64,000 nucleotides of DNA from a virus. Under the pieces are notes generated by a model that worked only from the letters and a program-made list of their open reading frames with translations, was not told the origin of the DNA and ran no database searches. The stretch spans positions 32,001 through 96,000 of IMG/VR virus record IMGVR_UViG_3300029267_002377; one strand, 5' to 3'. The position numbers and the translations under genes are program-made. Shown piece after piece: positions 49,227 to 58,646 of this stretch (position 1 is the stretch's first letter; each line of letters starts with the position of its first letter).

Positions 49227-49304
49227 CGCCAGAAGCAGGATTCGAACCTGCACGCCCGTATTCAGGCACACTCTCGTGCTCGTCTACCGTTCCGACATTC
49301 TGAC
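49227..49304 (-). ncRNA. class II tRNA-like RNA lacking a normal anticodon loop
   Basis: Acceptor GTCAGAA/TTCTGGC, D arm TCG-GAACGGTAGA-CGA, variable arm GCCTG-AATA-CGGGC, T arm GCAGG-TTCGAAT-CCTGC; anticodon arm reduced to CAC-GAGA-GTG. Confidence 0.8.
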
Positions 49305-49654
49305 GTTGCCTGCCCACCGCGCCCCCTTCCGCTAAGGCGTGGGTCTCCACGACCCTGACCCGTCAGTCAAGCGGCACTCCCCCAGCGCTTCGAGTGCTTT
49401 CCCTAGAAGGTCGCGGCCACAGGCTGGACGGTGTTGGCAGAGGTTCGCCATTTTCTCTTTGCCCGATTGCACCCCCAGTGAATTAAGAGGCTGGCCACCT
49501 CGGGCCAAGCGGGTGGGGCCTAAGGCCTTGCCCTCTGCTTGGGTGTGTTAGTTAGGTAGGCTGGAGACGCTCAAACAATTATGGGAGGTTGCAATCTCAC
49601 AGAGGTCTAGCCTCCAGTTCTGACCCATACACTACCAGATCCTAACACAATACA

Positions 49655-49682
49655 ATTATAACATAGAATCTACATTTGTCAA
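49655..49682 (-). promoter_or_regulatory. leftward sigma70-type promoter
   Basis: TTGACA-16 nt-TATAAT, extended -10. Confidence 0.85.
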
Positions 49683-49713
49683 GAGGTCGAACCTTAAAAT
49701 TTTCAGTTGCCTC

Positions 49714-49742
49714 TTGACAAAAACTGAATTCTGTGTTATAAT
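49714..49742 (+). promoter_or_regulatory. rightward sigma70-type promoter
   Basis: TTGACA-17 nt-TATAAT, extended -10. Confidence 0.88.
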
Positions 49743-49769
49743 GTAATCAAATACAATGAAAGGAGCTGC

Positions 49770-51257
49770 ATGATGGCCGAGTTTCTGAAAGTCAATGGCA
49801 AGAAGTACAGGTTTGACCGCCAGATTTTGACTAACATCAGCCTTGAGTACCTCAATGACGAAGCTTCCAAGTGGGGTCCGTGGGAGATGGTTCGTGAGTG
49901 CATGCAAAATATCATGGATGAGGCTGACTACCAAGCAGATCAAAATGGCGGCCACCTCTCAGAGTACATGGAGATCTGGAAGGACTACAAAGTCAACGGC
50001 CAGCAGTATTGGAGAATCTGGGATGAAGGCCGAGGAGTTGACCTGGAGGACATTTTATTCCTAGGGATCTCGGGTAAGCGGGGTACCCATTACCGTGGAC
50101 AGAAGGGTGAGGGGCAATTGATGGCTTTTCTGGTGGCAGTTAGAGAGGGCATTGGGCTTTATATGACCTCTCGTGACTGGGCCATCGAGCCGGTCATTAT
50201 CAAGGACAAATATGAGGTCCTGGCCTTAAACGTCTACAAGCACCGAAGTACGCACCCCGGGACAAGGATTTTCATTGAGTGGAACACTGCTGCTGATGAA
50301 TACCTCCAGTATGCCAAGGATTACTTCCCAGATTACAAAAAACTTCGGAAGCGAACAGCTCGGGTAACGAGTAGCGGTGGTCGAAAAACAAAAAAGACTC
50401 GAAGTCCCTCGACAAAGGCAATCTTTGAACCAAAGAGTTGGCAAGGCGCTCGGCTGTTCGTTAAGGGGATCTTTGTTAGGGAGATTGACGCTGTGTTCTC
50501 CTATAACCTTGATATTCCTCTCAACCGAGACCGAAATATTGTGGATGACAATGATCTCATTCCCGAGATTACCAGAGAGTTGTCAGAGCTCAAGACCTTC
50601 AGCAAGATCCGGCAGATCATCAGGGAAGTAGTTATCCTCGATGACCGACGCAAATTGGAAGGTCGAGTTCAGCGCCTTGATCCAGAAGACCCAAAGCGGT
50701 GGGTCTCAGCCCTAAGAAAGGAGACAGGAGGGTCTCGAAAGACAGTTCTGTGGTCAAATGATATTGTAGCCGCAGAGGCGAGAAGGAGAGGATACACTGT
50801 AGTTCGAGTAGATAACCCAGTATACCAACGAGTTTTTGTAGACGGGAATATTAGGTATGACGAAGACGTTGCTGATATTCCAGATCCTTATAGGGAACGC
50901 AAGACACTCGACACAAAAGCCAATAGGAGAAAAAGGTTTCTGGAAAAAGTCCGAGATCACATGGGTTGGCCGATTTTCGTTAAAGTGTTTGTCCCTAAAG
51001 GTTCACATGCCGAAACCCGCAATGGGTTCTATGAAGATCAAACTTGCTGGTTGAGGCATGACCATTTGAGAGATTCAGACCTACTAGCAGTTTTGAGAAC
51101 ATTTGTCCATGAGTATGGGCATCAAGAATCGAGTGCACAGGATTGTACGAGGGCGTTTGAGAATTGGGCTTTCCAGTTGTGCGCAGAGCTGATGGTTGCA
51201 GACAATGGAAAAATTGCCAAGGAATACAACAAAGTCCTCAGGAAGGAAGCGCAGTGA
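49770..51257 (+). CDS. GHKL-type ATPase fused to a C-terminal HExxH metallopeptidase-like domain
   Basis: RECMQNIMD, WDEGRG, GQKGEG, GTRI (Bergerat fold motifs); HEYGH. Confidence 0.75.
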   Translation: MMAEFLKVNGKKYRFDRQILTNISLEYLNDEASKWGPWEMVRECMQNIMDEADYQADQNGGHLSEYMEIWKDYKVNGQQYWRIWDEGRGVDLEDILFLGISGKRGTHYRGQKGEGQLMAFLVAVREGIGLYMTSRDWAIEPVIIKDKYEVLALNVYKHRSTHPGTRIFIEWNTAADEYLQYAKDYFPDYKKLRKRTARVTSSGGRKTKKTRSPSTKAIFEPKSWQGARLFVKGIFVREIDAVFSYNLDIPLNRDRNIVDDNDLIPEITRELSELKTFSKIRQIIREVVILDDRRKLEGRVQRLDPEDPKRWVSALRKETGGSRKTVLWSNDIVAAEARRRGYTVVRVDNPVYQRVFVDGNIRYDEDVADIPDPYRERKTLDTKANRRKRFLEKVRDHMGWPIFVKVFVPKGSHAETRNGFYEDQTCWLRHDHLRDSDLLAVLRTFVHEYGHQESSAQDCTRAFENWAFQLCAELMVADNGKIAKEYNKVLRKEAQ

Positions 51258-51278
51258 AAGCAGACAAAGTTTCTGCTC

Positions 51279-51378
51279 GGCCGCTTTTTGGTGCACCCAA
51301 CACCCGGAACCTGGGAGCCAAAATAATAAGGCTGGTGAATTGGCATTCGCCTTCTGTTGGGTGTAGCAAAGAGCGGCC
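51279..51378 (+). ncRNA. 100-nt structured RNA candidate
   Basis: About 23-bp terminal stem enclosing three hairpins; intergenic. Confidence 0.6.
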
Positions 51379-51514
51379 AAACAATCAGACTTTCCCAAGC
51401 CGTGACGAGCACACGTCGGCGGGGGAGGGAGAGTCGGCAGTGGCTGTGAGGCTACACTGTAGAATTCCTATAAAGTGAGTTGTTTGGCCGCCGGAATAAT
51501 AAAAGGAGGGTAAA

Positions 51515-53223
51515 ATGTATAACGCACCAGGTTATGGAGATCCTTGCATACTCGGAGTTACCCAAGCAGTTCGAGACGCAGCTAATGCAGCAGAGGATGG
51601 AGTATTCACCTCGCAAGATGTTCACTCTCTGCTGGTTGAGCGGCGTGCGTATGATCCTGACGACTGGTGGGAGAGCTACATAGCTCCTAAACGAGTTCAC
51701 GTGGAAATGACTCGTGCTTGCGACAGGGGACAGATAGAGCGCATTGGTTGGGGGATCTACAAAAGAGTACCCAGTGATGTATAAATGTACCTACTGTTTT
51801 AAAGAGTGGCCAAAGAGTAAACTCAAACCAGACCCACTCCGACCCCAGACTTTGATCTGCCCCAAGTGTGAGTGGCCCTGTGCTCCTGAAGATTCTCGGA
51901 TCTTTGTTCCCGAGGGTAAGAAAGTTGTGGTTCCTGAAGATGGGTTATCAATCTCCATAGAACCAAAAGTTGACTTGTCTGAGGGGATGAAGAAGGCACT
52001 GATTGCACTCAGTCAAGGAGAGAAGGCGCACGGGGCCAGCGTCAAGGCTTTGGAGCGCCGGGGGTTGGTTGCTGAGGGAGAGCTAACAGAAGAAGGTTTC
52101 AATCAACTGAAAGGAGAATTACAATGCTAATTTATCTTTATGTGTACGAGCTGGGTGGATTGATTGCAGAAGTTCATAGAAGTAGGGCAGGTGCTGGATT
52201 CCGCAGGTATATGCAGGTTACTCCTTCTTCTTGGAGGCGGATTATGTATCTCGTTGATAAGTACAAGAGCCATATGGATCCTTACTGTATAAGATTGTCA
52301 AATGAAGTCAAAAGTCCAGACAAGCCCTGGTGTGTATTCATCAGTATAGAGGAGGATGAAAATGAAAGGTAGGTTATCGTACGAGAAATGGGCTGTTTTC
52401 AACACCGGCGGGGATTTCTACCTAGCTGAACGCAAGACAAAAGATGGTTGGGAGCGAAAAGAAATTAAAGCTCATTGTCTGGCTTGTGCCAAAGCGGAAA
52501 TTCTCGCTCAGTACGGAGGTGAGGTAGATCTTCGTGGTTGGCATCTTAGTGGTATTTGTGGATCGTTTCTCAAGTCCATGGCTATAGCAGTTAAACAGGA
52601 GGAGGAAGATGCTGAGGACAACTAATGGCAAGCAAGAATCTTTGTGGACAAGAGACAGGTGGACGGGGGATATGATCTGTGCTGTCTGCGGGGGAAAGTG
52701 GACTGGTAAGAAAGTTTGTTGCCCCGTCGCCCCACACTTGTCGTTTGACGAGTTCGTGGAGCAGTACTGGGGTAAGGAAGATGTTCCCGTAGCAATCGCC
52801 AAGGAGTTCTATGATGACTACCTACATAGTGATTGCAAAGATTTGAAAGACTACATTGAGGACACGAGAGGAGATTAAGATGGAGATCAAACTGAGAAAC
52901 TGGAAAATCACGTCATACCATGGTAACCATCGGCTTTACCGCAATGGGTGGATGATTGCCTGCAAGCAGCCTGGCCAAAGGTTGTGGGCAGATAAGATTC
53001 ATCGGTATCGTTGGGGTCGGTTATCATTCTTGATCGAGAGAGGGGGCTAAAAATGTCGAACTGCCGAGAATGTGGGAATCCAGATGGTCGCTGGCGGCCG
53101 GATGTTGGGAAGTACTTGTGCAACGAATGTTACGCTAAGTGGTTAGCCAAGACCAGGCCTTCTGGTACCTACCCAGTTCCAGACATCGTGCGAAGAGGAT
53201 ATTTTGTAGACAATACCAGTTAG
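51515..53223 (+). other. run of about seven small hypothetical genes (early-gene-like)
   Basis: Tightly packed short ORFs with GGAGG-type RBSs; several CxxC zinc ribbons. Confidence 0.6.
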
Positions 53224-53232
53224 TTGTTGGTA

Positions 53233-53569
53233 CCGACGCCTGAGCGGTTCTCAGGCTCTCAAGAAGGGAGAGGGAAAAAATGTTTATGAGTCCAATGGGA
53301 TTAGAACAGATTCAATTGAAATTGGAGAAAGGGTCTGATAAAGGTCCTGACCGGGATGTGTCTATCGGGGGTGTAGCCGGCTTGTTAGTGCATGGCACTG
53401 GCAGCCGCTACTGGGCGATTCGCCAATTCACCAACGTTCTGCCGATTGAGGTGAATTGTCATCAGAGAGGGGAAATGTTGGATATTGTATATTTTTTCCC
53501 CGGTATTTCTCTGGTCAACTTTCCGCCCCAATAGAATGGTTGCCCGACGCCTGAGCGGATCTCAGGCTC
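53233..53569 (+). repeat. 26-nt direct repeat pair (53233-53258, 53544-53569) forming hairpins
   Basis: CCGACGCCTGAGCGG(T/A)TCTCAGGCTC. Confidence 0.85.
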
Positions 53570-53847
53570 ACCACTGGGCGATCCCCTGCACCAGTGGACT
53601 CTGAAAGGATAATAAAAATGGCACAGCAATGTATGGGAACGACAGAAGAAGTGGACAGGAATACTCTCGATATGACGGCTACACGGCGAGACGGGCATCG
53701 TTTCTTGAGAAGCTTGACTTATGATGACGGTTCCTACGAAGCGCGATGCCTAAAATGCGGGCTTTTTGCTCGCATCAAGGATGCCAAGATCCTTGAATCT
53801 TGGCAGTAACCCCACCGGCAGCACGACGGGGCGACAAGGCGCACAAC

Positions 53848-53881
53848 AGCCCCGACCAGCAATGGTCGGGGCTCTTATTTT
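53848..53881 (+). terminator. intrinsic terminator
   Basis: AGCCCCGACCA-GCAA-TGGTCGGGGCT followed by a T-rich tract. Confidence 0.8.
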
Positions 53882-53907
53882 GATTATCTCCCTATCTGTG
53901 ATATAAT
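53880..53907 (+). promoter_or_regulatory. putative promoter
   Basis: TTGATT-16 nt-TATAAT, extended TG. Confidence 0.6.
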
Positions 53908-53996
53908 TGAGTGTGAGGGATGGGATTTGAGACAACCCTCCTTTCAGCTCCACTTCATTTTCAGTCTCAATCCCATCCCTTTTAAGGAGATTTTCA

Positions 53997-54218
53997 TTGG
54001 TTTACCAATACCGTTGCCAAGAGCATGGTCTATTCGATAGTTATGAGGAGTTGTTTAACCCCTCTCCAACTGCTCCCTGTCCCAAGTGTCACCGGCTTTG
54101 TCCTAAAATTATTTCTACTCCTATCATTCGCTTTGTTGGGGCAGGGTGGACTGTCAAAGACAAATCCCATGAGTTTGAGCAGCGGTTCCCTGACTTGGCT
54201 AGGATGGCGGGAGACTAG
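53997..54218 (+). CDS. FmdB-family zinc ribbon protein
   Basis: Y.YRC..H...F....CPKC....K.IS...I.F.G.GW. Confidence 0.75.
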   Translation: MVYQYRCQEHGLFDSYEELFNPSPTAPCPKCHRLCPKIISTPIIRFVGAGWTVKDKSHEFEQRFPDLARMAGD

Positions 54219-54219
54219 G

Positions 54220-54459
54220 TTGACAGAATTAAGTCCGTTGACTGCACTGTTTGTTTATCAATCGGGCGCTGTTGTTATCAGTGTAGTCTACGCATATATC
54301 TTCTATAAAGTGGTTGTTATTATTATAGAGCGGTTCGCCCCGCTGTTGGAGCGGTATCTGGATCAGATGGCCGGTATCTCCCAAACTCAGGGGGAAATTC
54401 TAGAAGTTTTGCGAAGGCTTAATGGTAAGGCAGTAAAAAAGAAAGATGAGGAAAATTGA
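54220..54459 (+). CDS. single-TM membrane protein (holin-like)
   Basis: TM helix + coiled-coil + basic tail; TTG 54220. Confidence 0.5.
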   Translation: MTELSPLTALFVYQSGAVVISVVYAYIFYKVVVIIIERFAPLLERYLDQMAGISQTQGEILEVLRRLNGKAVKKKDEEN

Positions 54460-54676
54460 CATCGCATACCTTTGGGGGAGCGGGAGGCAGGAGTACGGCC
54501 CCGTCACATACACGCTTTACATTTTCAATCCTTGGGCGGATGTCTGGGATGTAGATGCTGAGCAGATGCTCGGGTTGACAAAGAAACGGAAAGGCTGAGG
54601 GGATAATTCGGACCGAGTTCGGCTCTACGGGACACAAGAAGAAGTTGAATCTGGTGAGGTAGAATGGCAAAACTAG
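54446..54676 (+). CDS. small protein with in-frame TGA at 54596-54598 (not in ORF track)
   Basis: MRKIDIAYLWGSGRQEYGPVTY...KKRKG*GDNSDRVRLYG...WQN; read-through fills the gap to the next gene. Confidence 0.55.
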
Positions 54677-54999
54677 CAATCACAACTAATCGAATCAAGA
54701 TATGGGGGCACGGAAATATCACAACTGGAGATCCGGAGCCTATTGATCCCAATGGCCCACAAGTAAACGGAGTGCCTACTGGGTATCCAACAAAGAGAGT
54801 GGTCCTTAAGGCGTGGACACAGAATACTGCTGGTCAATGGATCGCCGTTTGGGACCAGAGTCGGCAATCATATTATCCTCTTGGTCCTGGAGATGAGCTG
54901 GATTGCCTTGTAAATAATACAAATCTTTTTCGTGTGAATGCTTCAGCAGGAAACCAAGGTCTAAGTGTGTACATGGAGTTGCAAACAGGCGAGACCTAG
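54664..54999 (+). CDS. hypothetical beta-rich (virion-like) protein
   Basis: GAGGT RBS; beta-strand-rich composition. Confidence 0.6.
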   Translation: MAKLAITTNRIKIWGHGNITTGDPEPIDPNGPQVNGVPTGYPTKRVVLKAWTQNTAGQWIAVWDQSRQSYYPLGPGDELDCLVNNTNLFRVNASAGNQGLSVYMELQTGET

Positions 55000-55021
55000 T
55001 TCTGAGGGAAGGAGAGGGGCT

Positions 55022-56101
55022 GTGATCTCCGTCGTAGTTCCAACCTACAATAGAAAAGAAAACCTAGAACTTTGCCTCGCAGCGCTGGGGATGCAAGAGT
55101 ACCGAGAGTTTGAGATTATCGTTGTAGACGACGGCTCAACTGACGGCACTTTCGAGTGGTTGCGAGGTAAAACTGATGAAAATGGAATTCCTCTTAAGTA
55201 CCTGAGTGCGGGGCCCCATCAAGGCTTCCGCGCACCCCGGGCGCGCAACTTCGGTGTAGCGAACTCCAACCCCGATTATTCTCTCGCCTTATTCATTGAC
55301 TCAGACAACCTAATGCCATCTCATATCCTCGGCACGTACGCTGACCTTCACACGCAGCATCCTGACTGTATTATCGTCGGGTTGTACCATTTCCTCCTGA
55401 GAATGGAGTATGGGATTGAAAACCTTAAGAATGACAAAGACTTCTGGTTCCGCTTGGAGTCAATGAACTACCCCAAACTCCCCATGCCTCCTGACGCCTC
55501 GTTGAAAGGCAGAAAAGATCCTCGGTACAATGATTTTCCGGATGAGGTAGAACCTGAGCTCTGGCCCGCTACTCCTGTTGGGCTAGCTGCTGCGATGGGT
55601 TGTTTTTCGGGTAACATTGCTTATCCTAAAAATATTTTTTGGGATTGTGGGGGATTTTGGGAGGAGTTAATTGGGCATGGCGGGGAGGACTGTGACCTAG
55701 CAATGACTGCGGTTGAGAAGCGCCACAAGTTTCTCCGAGTCAAAAAACTAATTGGGTACCATATGTGGCACGCTCGTTATGCTCCGGAACAACAGATGCG
55801 GGAAGAACTAAACTGTAATATTGGCAAGATTGACCAAAAACATAAGATCGGAAAATACGCTGAATACGCCGAACATGCAGCCATAGATTGTGCTGATTGG
55901 ACAGATCCTAGACACTACCACAAAGAACGTGGATCGCGCCTTGTGAGTGATGAGTCGAATACATATTGGGTAGTGATAGGAAAACACAGGCTAGGATTAT
56001 CAAACCCAGCAGCCTTAGCACGGGTTGGGTTTGATTGGGGAGACGCAGATCCTATCACGAAAGAGGCTCTTGCAGAATTCAAGGTGGAGGGTGTTTTGTG
56101 A
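55022..56101 (+). CDS. glycosyltransferase family 2
   Basis: ISVVVPTYNR, VVDDGSTD, ARNFG, FIDSD, GGED. Confidence 0.92.
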   Translation: MISVVVPTYNRKENLELCLAALGMQEYREFEIIVVDDGSTDGTFEWLRGKTDENGIPLKYLSAGPHQGFRAPRARNFGVANSNPDYSLALFIDSDNLMPSHILGTYADLHTQHPDCIIVGLYHFLLRMEYGIENLKNDKDFWFRLESMNYPKLPMPPDASLKGRKDPRYNDFPDEVEPELWPATPVGLAAAMGCFSGNIAYPKNIFWDCGGFWEELIGHGGEDCDLAMTAVEKRHKFLRVKKLIGYHMWHARYAPEQQMREELNCNIGKIDQKHKIGKYAEYAEHAAIDCADWTDPRHYHKERGSRLVSDESNTYWVVIGKHRLGLSNPAALARVGFDWGDADPITKEALAEFKVEGVL

Positions 56102-56628
56102 GGGGTCTAATTGAGGCGATTTGGCCAGATAACATTGAAAGCATTATAGACCTCGGTTGTGGAGACTTATGGCACACCGCAGGGCTTCCCGGGGTAGTTA
56201 AGCATATTGGAGTTGATTTGTGGAAAGAACAGTTAAGGTTAGCTTGGGAAAGGCGGCCTGTTACGGGCTGGATTCCTGTCTGCAAAGATGCCTTAGAATT
56301 TTTAAAAATTTCTCCAGACAACTCAGTAGACGCTGTTCTTGCAGTTGACATTATTGAGCACCTTGAGCAAGAAAGAGGACTAAAAATTCTTGACGATGCA
56401 GAAAGAGTTGCCAAGAAACTTGTGATTTGCTGGGCGCCGTTAGGGATGTTGGAAAGAGGACCAACCAACCCAGACGGAACTCCTAATCCTTACCAGGTTC
56501 ACAAGTGGGGACCACAACCAGAGGATTTTCAATCCCGAGGTTGGCATGTAGACCTTTACCCAGAGCAGCACCAAGATGGGGGAGCTATTTTCTCCTATAA
56601 GTTCTTGGGCAAGAGAAAATATGAATAA
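56098..56628 (+). CDS. class I SAM-dependent methyltransferase
   Basis: IIDLGCG, GVD, DIIEHL. Confidence 0.85.
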   Translation: MRGLIEAIWPDNIESIIDLGCGDLWHTAGLPGVVKHIGVDLWKEQLRLAWERRPVTGWIPVCKDALEFLKISPDNSVDAVLAVDIIEHLEQERGLKILDDAERVAKKLVICWAPLGMLERGPTNPDGTPNPYQVHKWGPQPEDFQSRGWHVDLYPEQHQDGGAIFSYKFLGKRKYE

Positions 56629-56934
56629 CAAAATTCCTATATGCTGCCATCCTGAGTTGATACCTACTCAGTGGAACCAACCCAAACCAGAGCCATGTGA
56701 GATGATAACGTGCGAGTGCGGGCAAAATGCTTACTGTCCAGTTTGTGGTTGTGGTTGGGGATCTGTGCCGTGTGGGTGTGATAGGGAGGAGGATGAGATG
56801 TTAACCTCATCCAGAATCCTCCCAAAGTTGGTGGAAGAAGCTGTTAGTACTCCTTATGATGAGAAGTCTTGGGATGAGGTACTAGACAACATATTTGAGG
56901 AGTATTCTGATGCTTGGGAGCAGTTGGCAGAGTT

Positions 56935-58446
56935 ATGAACAAATTCGGGTTCTTCATACAAACTCCTGGAGCGGGATTAGATTTAATCGAGCGGTACAAA
57001 CCTAAGGCAGTCCTCCTAATGGACGCCGAGAGCCAACATATCGCTCAGGTTAGAGAAGCTTCTCCAGATACGACTGTCCTTTATTGGATGCACGAGGGAG
57101 ACAGAGACTGGAGGACAACAGATCCTGAGTGGTGGGCGGGACAGATTTGGAATAAAGTCTCAGAGAATCCCCCAGATATAACAACTTACTGGAACGAGCC
57201 ACTTTGGCAAGGAGATTATCAATCTTTCCCTGAGTTTGACGCTCGTCAGGCTGAGTTTATCCGGGTGATGCGGTCTCATGGAGTCAAAGTAGGGGCATTT
57301 CGGTTTGCTGAAGGGAATTTCACTCAAGATGGGCCACGACTTGACGAATACTTTCCCGAAAGCGTAGAGGAACTAGATTGTATTTTCATTAATGAGTATT
57401 GGTTCCCACACTACTGGTCAGATGGAATGCAAGGTTGGCACTGCGCCCGATGGCCCTACTGGTTGCAGTGGCTAGAAGAAGCTGGGAAACCTAATGTAGA
57501 TGTTTATGTCACTGAGTGTGGAATCACGAGTGCTATAAATGGAGCTGGCCCTGATGAGGGTTGGATGGGTCAAACAGCAAAAGACTATGGAGTGACAGAT
57601 GAGACATACCTGCAAGGATTGAGGGAGTATCACGAACTTTGTTGTCAAGATTCACGGGTCATGGCGGTTCTCCCCTTCATCTGGTATCCCTGGCCGGGCC
57701 AGTGGGGGACGTTTAGACATGATAACCGGCCAGAAATATACGGCCCAATAATGGAGATGGATGCTCCTGGGCCACCCAATGGAGGCGATATGTTAACAGT
57801 TTACGACTTAGATGGAAACGCTCTTACTGGAGCAGCAGCTGCGGAGGAGATGGCTAAGTACGGGGTAGCGATTTCTCCTCCCTCTGGGTTGCAAGATGGT
57901 GACCACTATTATCAAATTACTACGTTGTGGGTTAAAACTGGGCATGCTAGTTTTGTCTCAACGGTAAAAGACATCAGCGGTAACCCTGTCGTCAATCCTC
58001 AAGAGACGCTAGATTTAACAAAATCTCACCGAGCTTTCTGGTGGACAGATGCACCTGAGTTGGATCCTCAGTATACAACAGACAGAGAAGATCGAGCAGA
58101 TGTGGGTGGGTTGGATCAGAACGGTGCAGGTGGGAGTGGTATGGGGACAGGGGCCTACACCGACTATTATCAAGATCCTTGGACGGGCCCTCATCGGGCG
58201 TGGATTCGGGATCCCAACCTCCCATCAGATGAGCTTGTGGGCATTCGTATGATTGGAATGACGAACCATGACCATGTGGATGCGTTGTGGGAAGAGAAGA
58301 TCTACCAAGGCGGGGAACCCCCAGTACCCCCAACCCCAGGAACGATTGGTCAGATTATCGCCAATATGCGACTGGAACTGACTCAGATCGAAACGATTCT
58401 ATCCGAGTACGATGAGCTAGCGGAACAACTTGCAGACATGATATAG
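56935..58446 (+). CDS. clan GH-A TIM-barrel glycoside hydrolase with C-terminal domain (possible endolysin)
   Basis: WNEP acid/base and VTECG nucleophile motifs; followed by a 2-TM holin-like gene. Confidence 0.65.
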   Translation: MNKFGFFIQTPGAGLDLIERYKPKAVLLMDAESQHIAQVREASPDTTVLYWMHEGDRDWRTTDPEWWAGQIWNKVSENPPDITTYWNEPLWQGDYQSFPEFDARQAEFIRVMRSHGVKVGAFRFAEGNFTQDGPRLDEYFPESVEELDCIFINEYWFPHYWSDGMQGWHCARWPYWLQWLEEAGKPNVDVYVTECGITSAINGAGPDEGWMGQTAKDYGVTDETYLQGLREYHELCCQDSRVMAVLPFIWYPWPGQWGTFRHDNRPEIYGPIMEMDAPGPPNGGDMLTVYDLDGNALTGAAAAEEMAKYGVAISPPSGLQDGDHYYQITTLWVKTGHASFVSTVKDISGNPVVNPQETLDLTKSHRAFWWTDAPELDPQYTTDREDRADVGGLDQNGAGGSGMGTGAYTDYYQDPWTGPHRAWIRDPNLPSDELVGIRMIGMTNHDHVDALWEEKIYQGGEPPVPPTPGTIGQIIANMRLELTQIETILSEYDELAEQLADMI

Positions 58447-58457
58447 AGGAGGAAAAC

Positions 58458-58646
58458 ATGAGTGGCAATTTGAAAGAACTGCTCAAAGAGGTGGTGATTC
58501 CGGGTATAATTACAGTGAGTCTGGTTGGGGCAGTTATCTACCTGGCGGTAACTGGTCAAGACATTCCCGAGCTGCTTTCTGCATTTGCTGGTACGGGCAT
58601 AGGCTACTTCCTCAATTACGCCACCACATCTCGGTCGAGAAAGTAA
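58458..58646 (+). CDS. 2-TM holin-like protein
   Basis: Two hydrophobic helices, basic tail, GAGGAGG RBS. Confidence 0.55.
   Translation: MSGNLKELLKEVVIPGIITVSLVGAVIYLAVTGQDIPELLSAFAGTGIGYFLNYATTSRSRK

Noticed and set aside
49227-49304. Functional tRNA-Leu(GAG), or an att site
   Set aside because: No 7-nt anticodon loop; no integrase or duplicated 3' end seen in the window.
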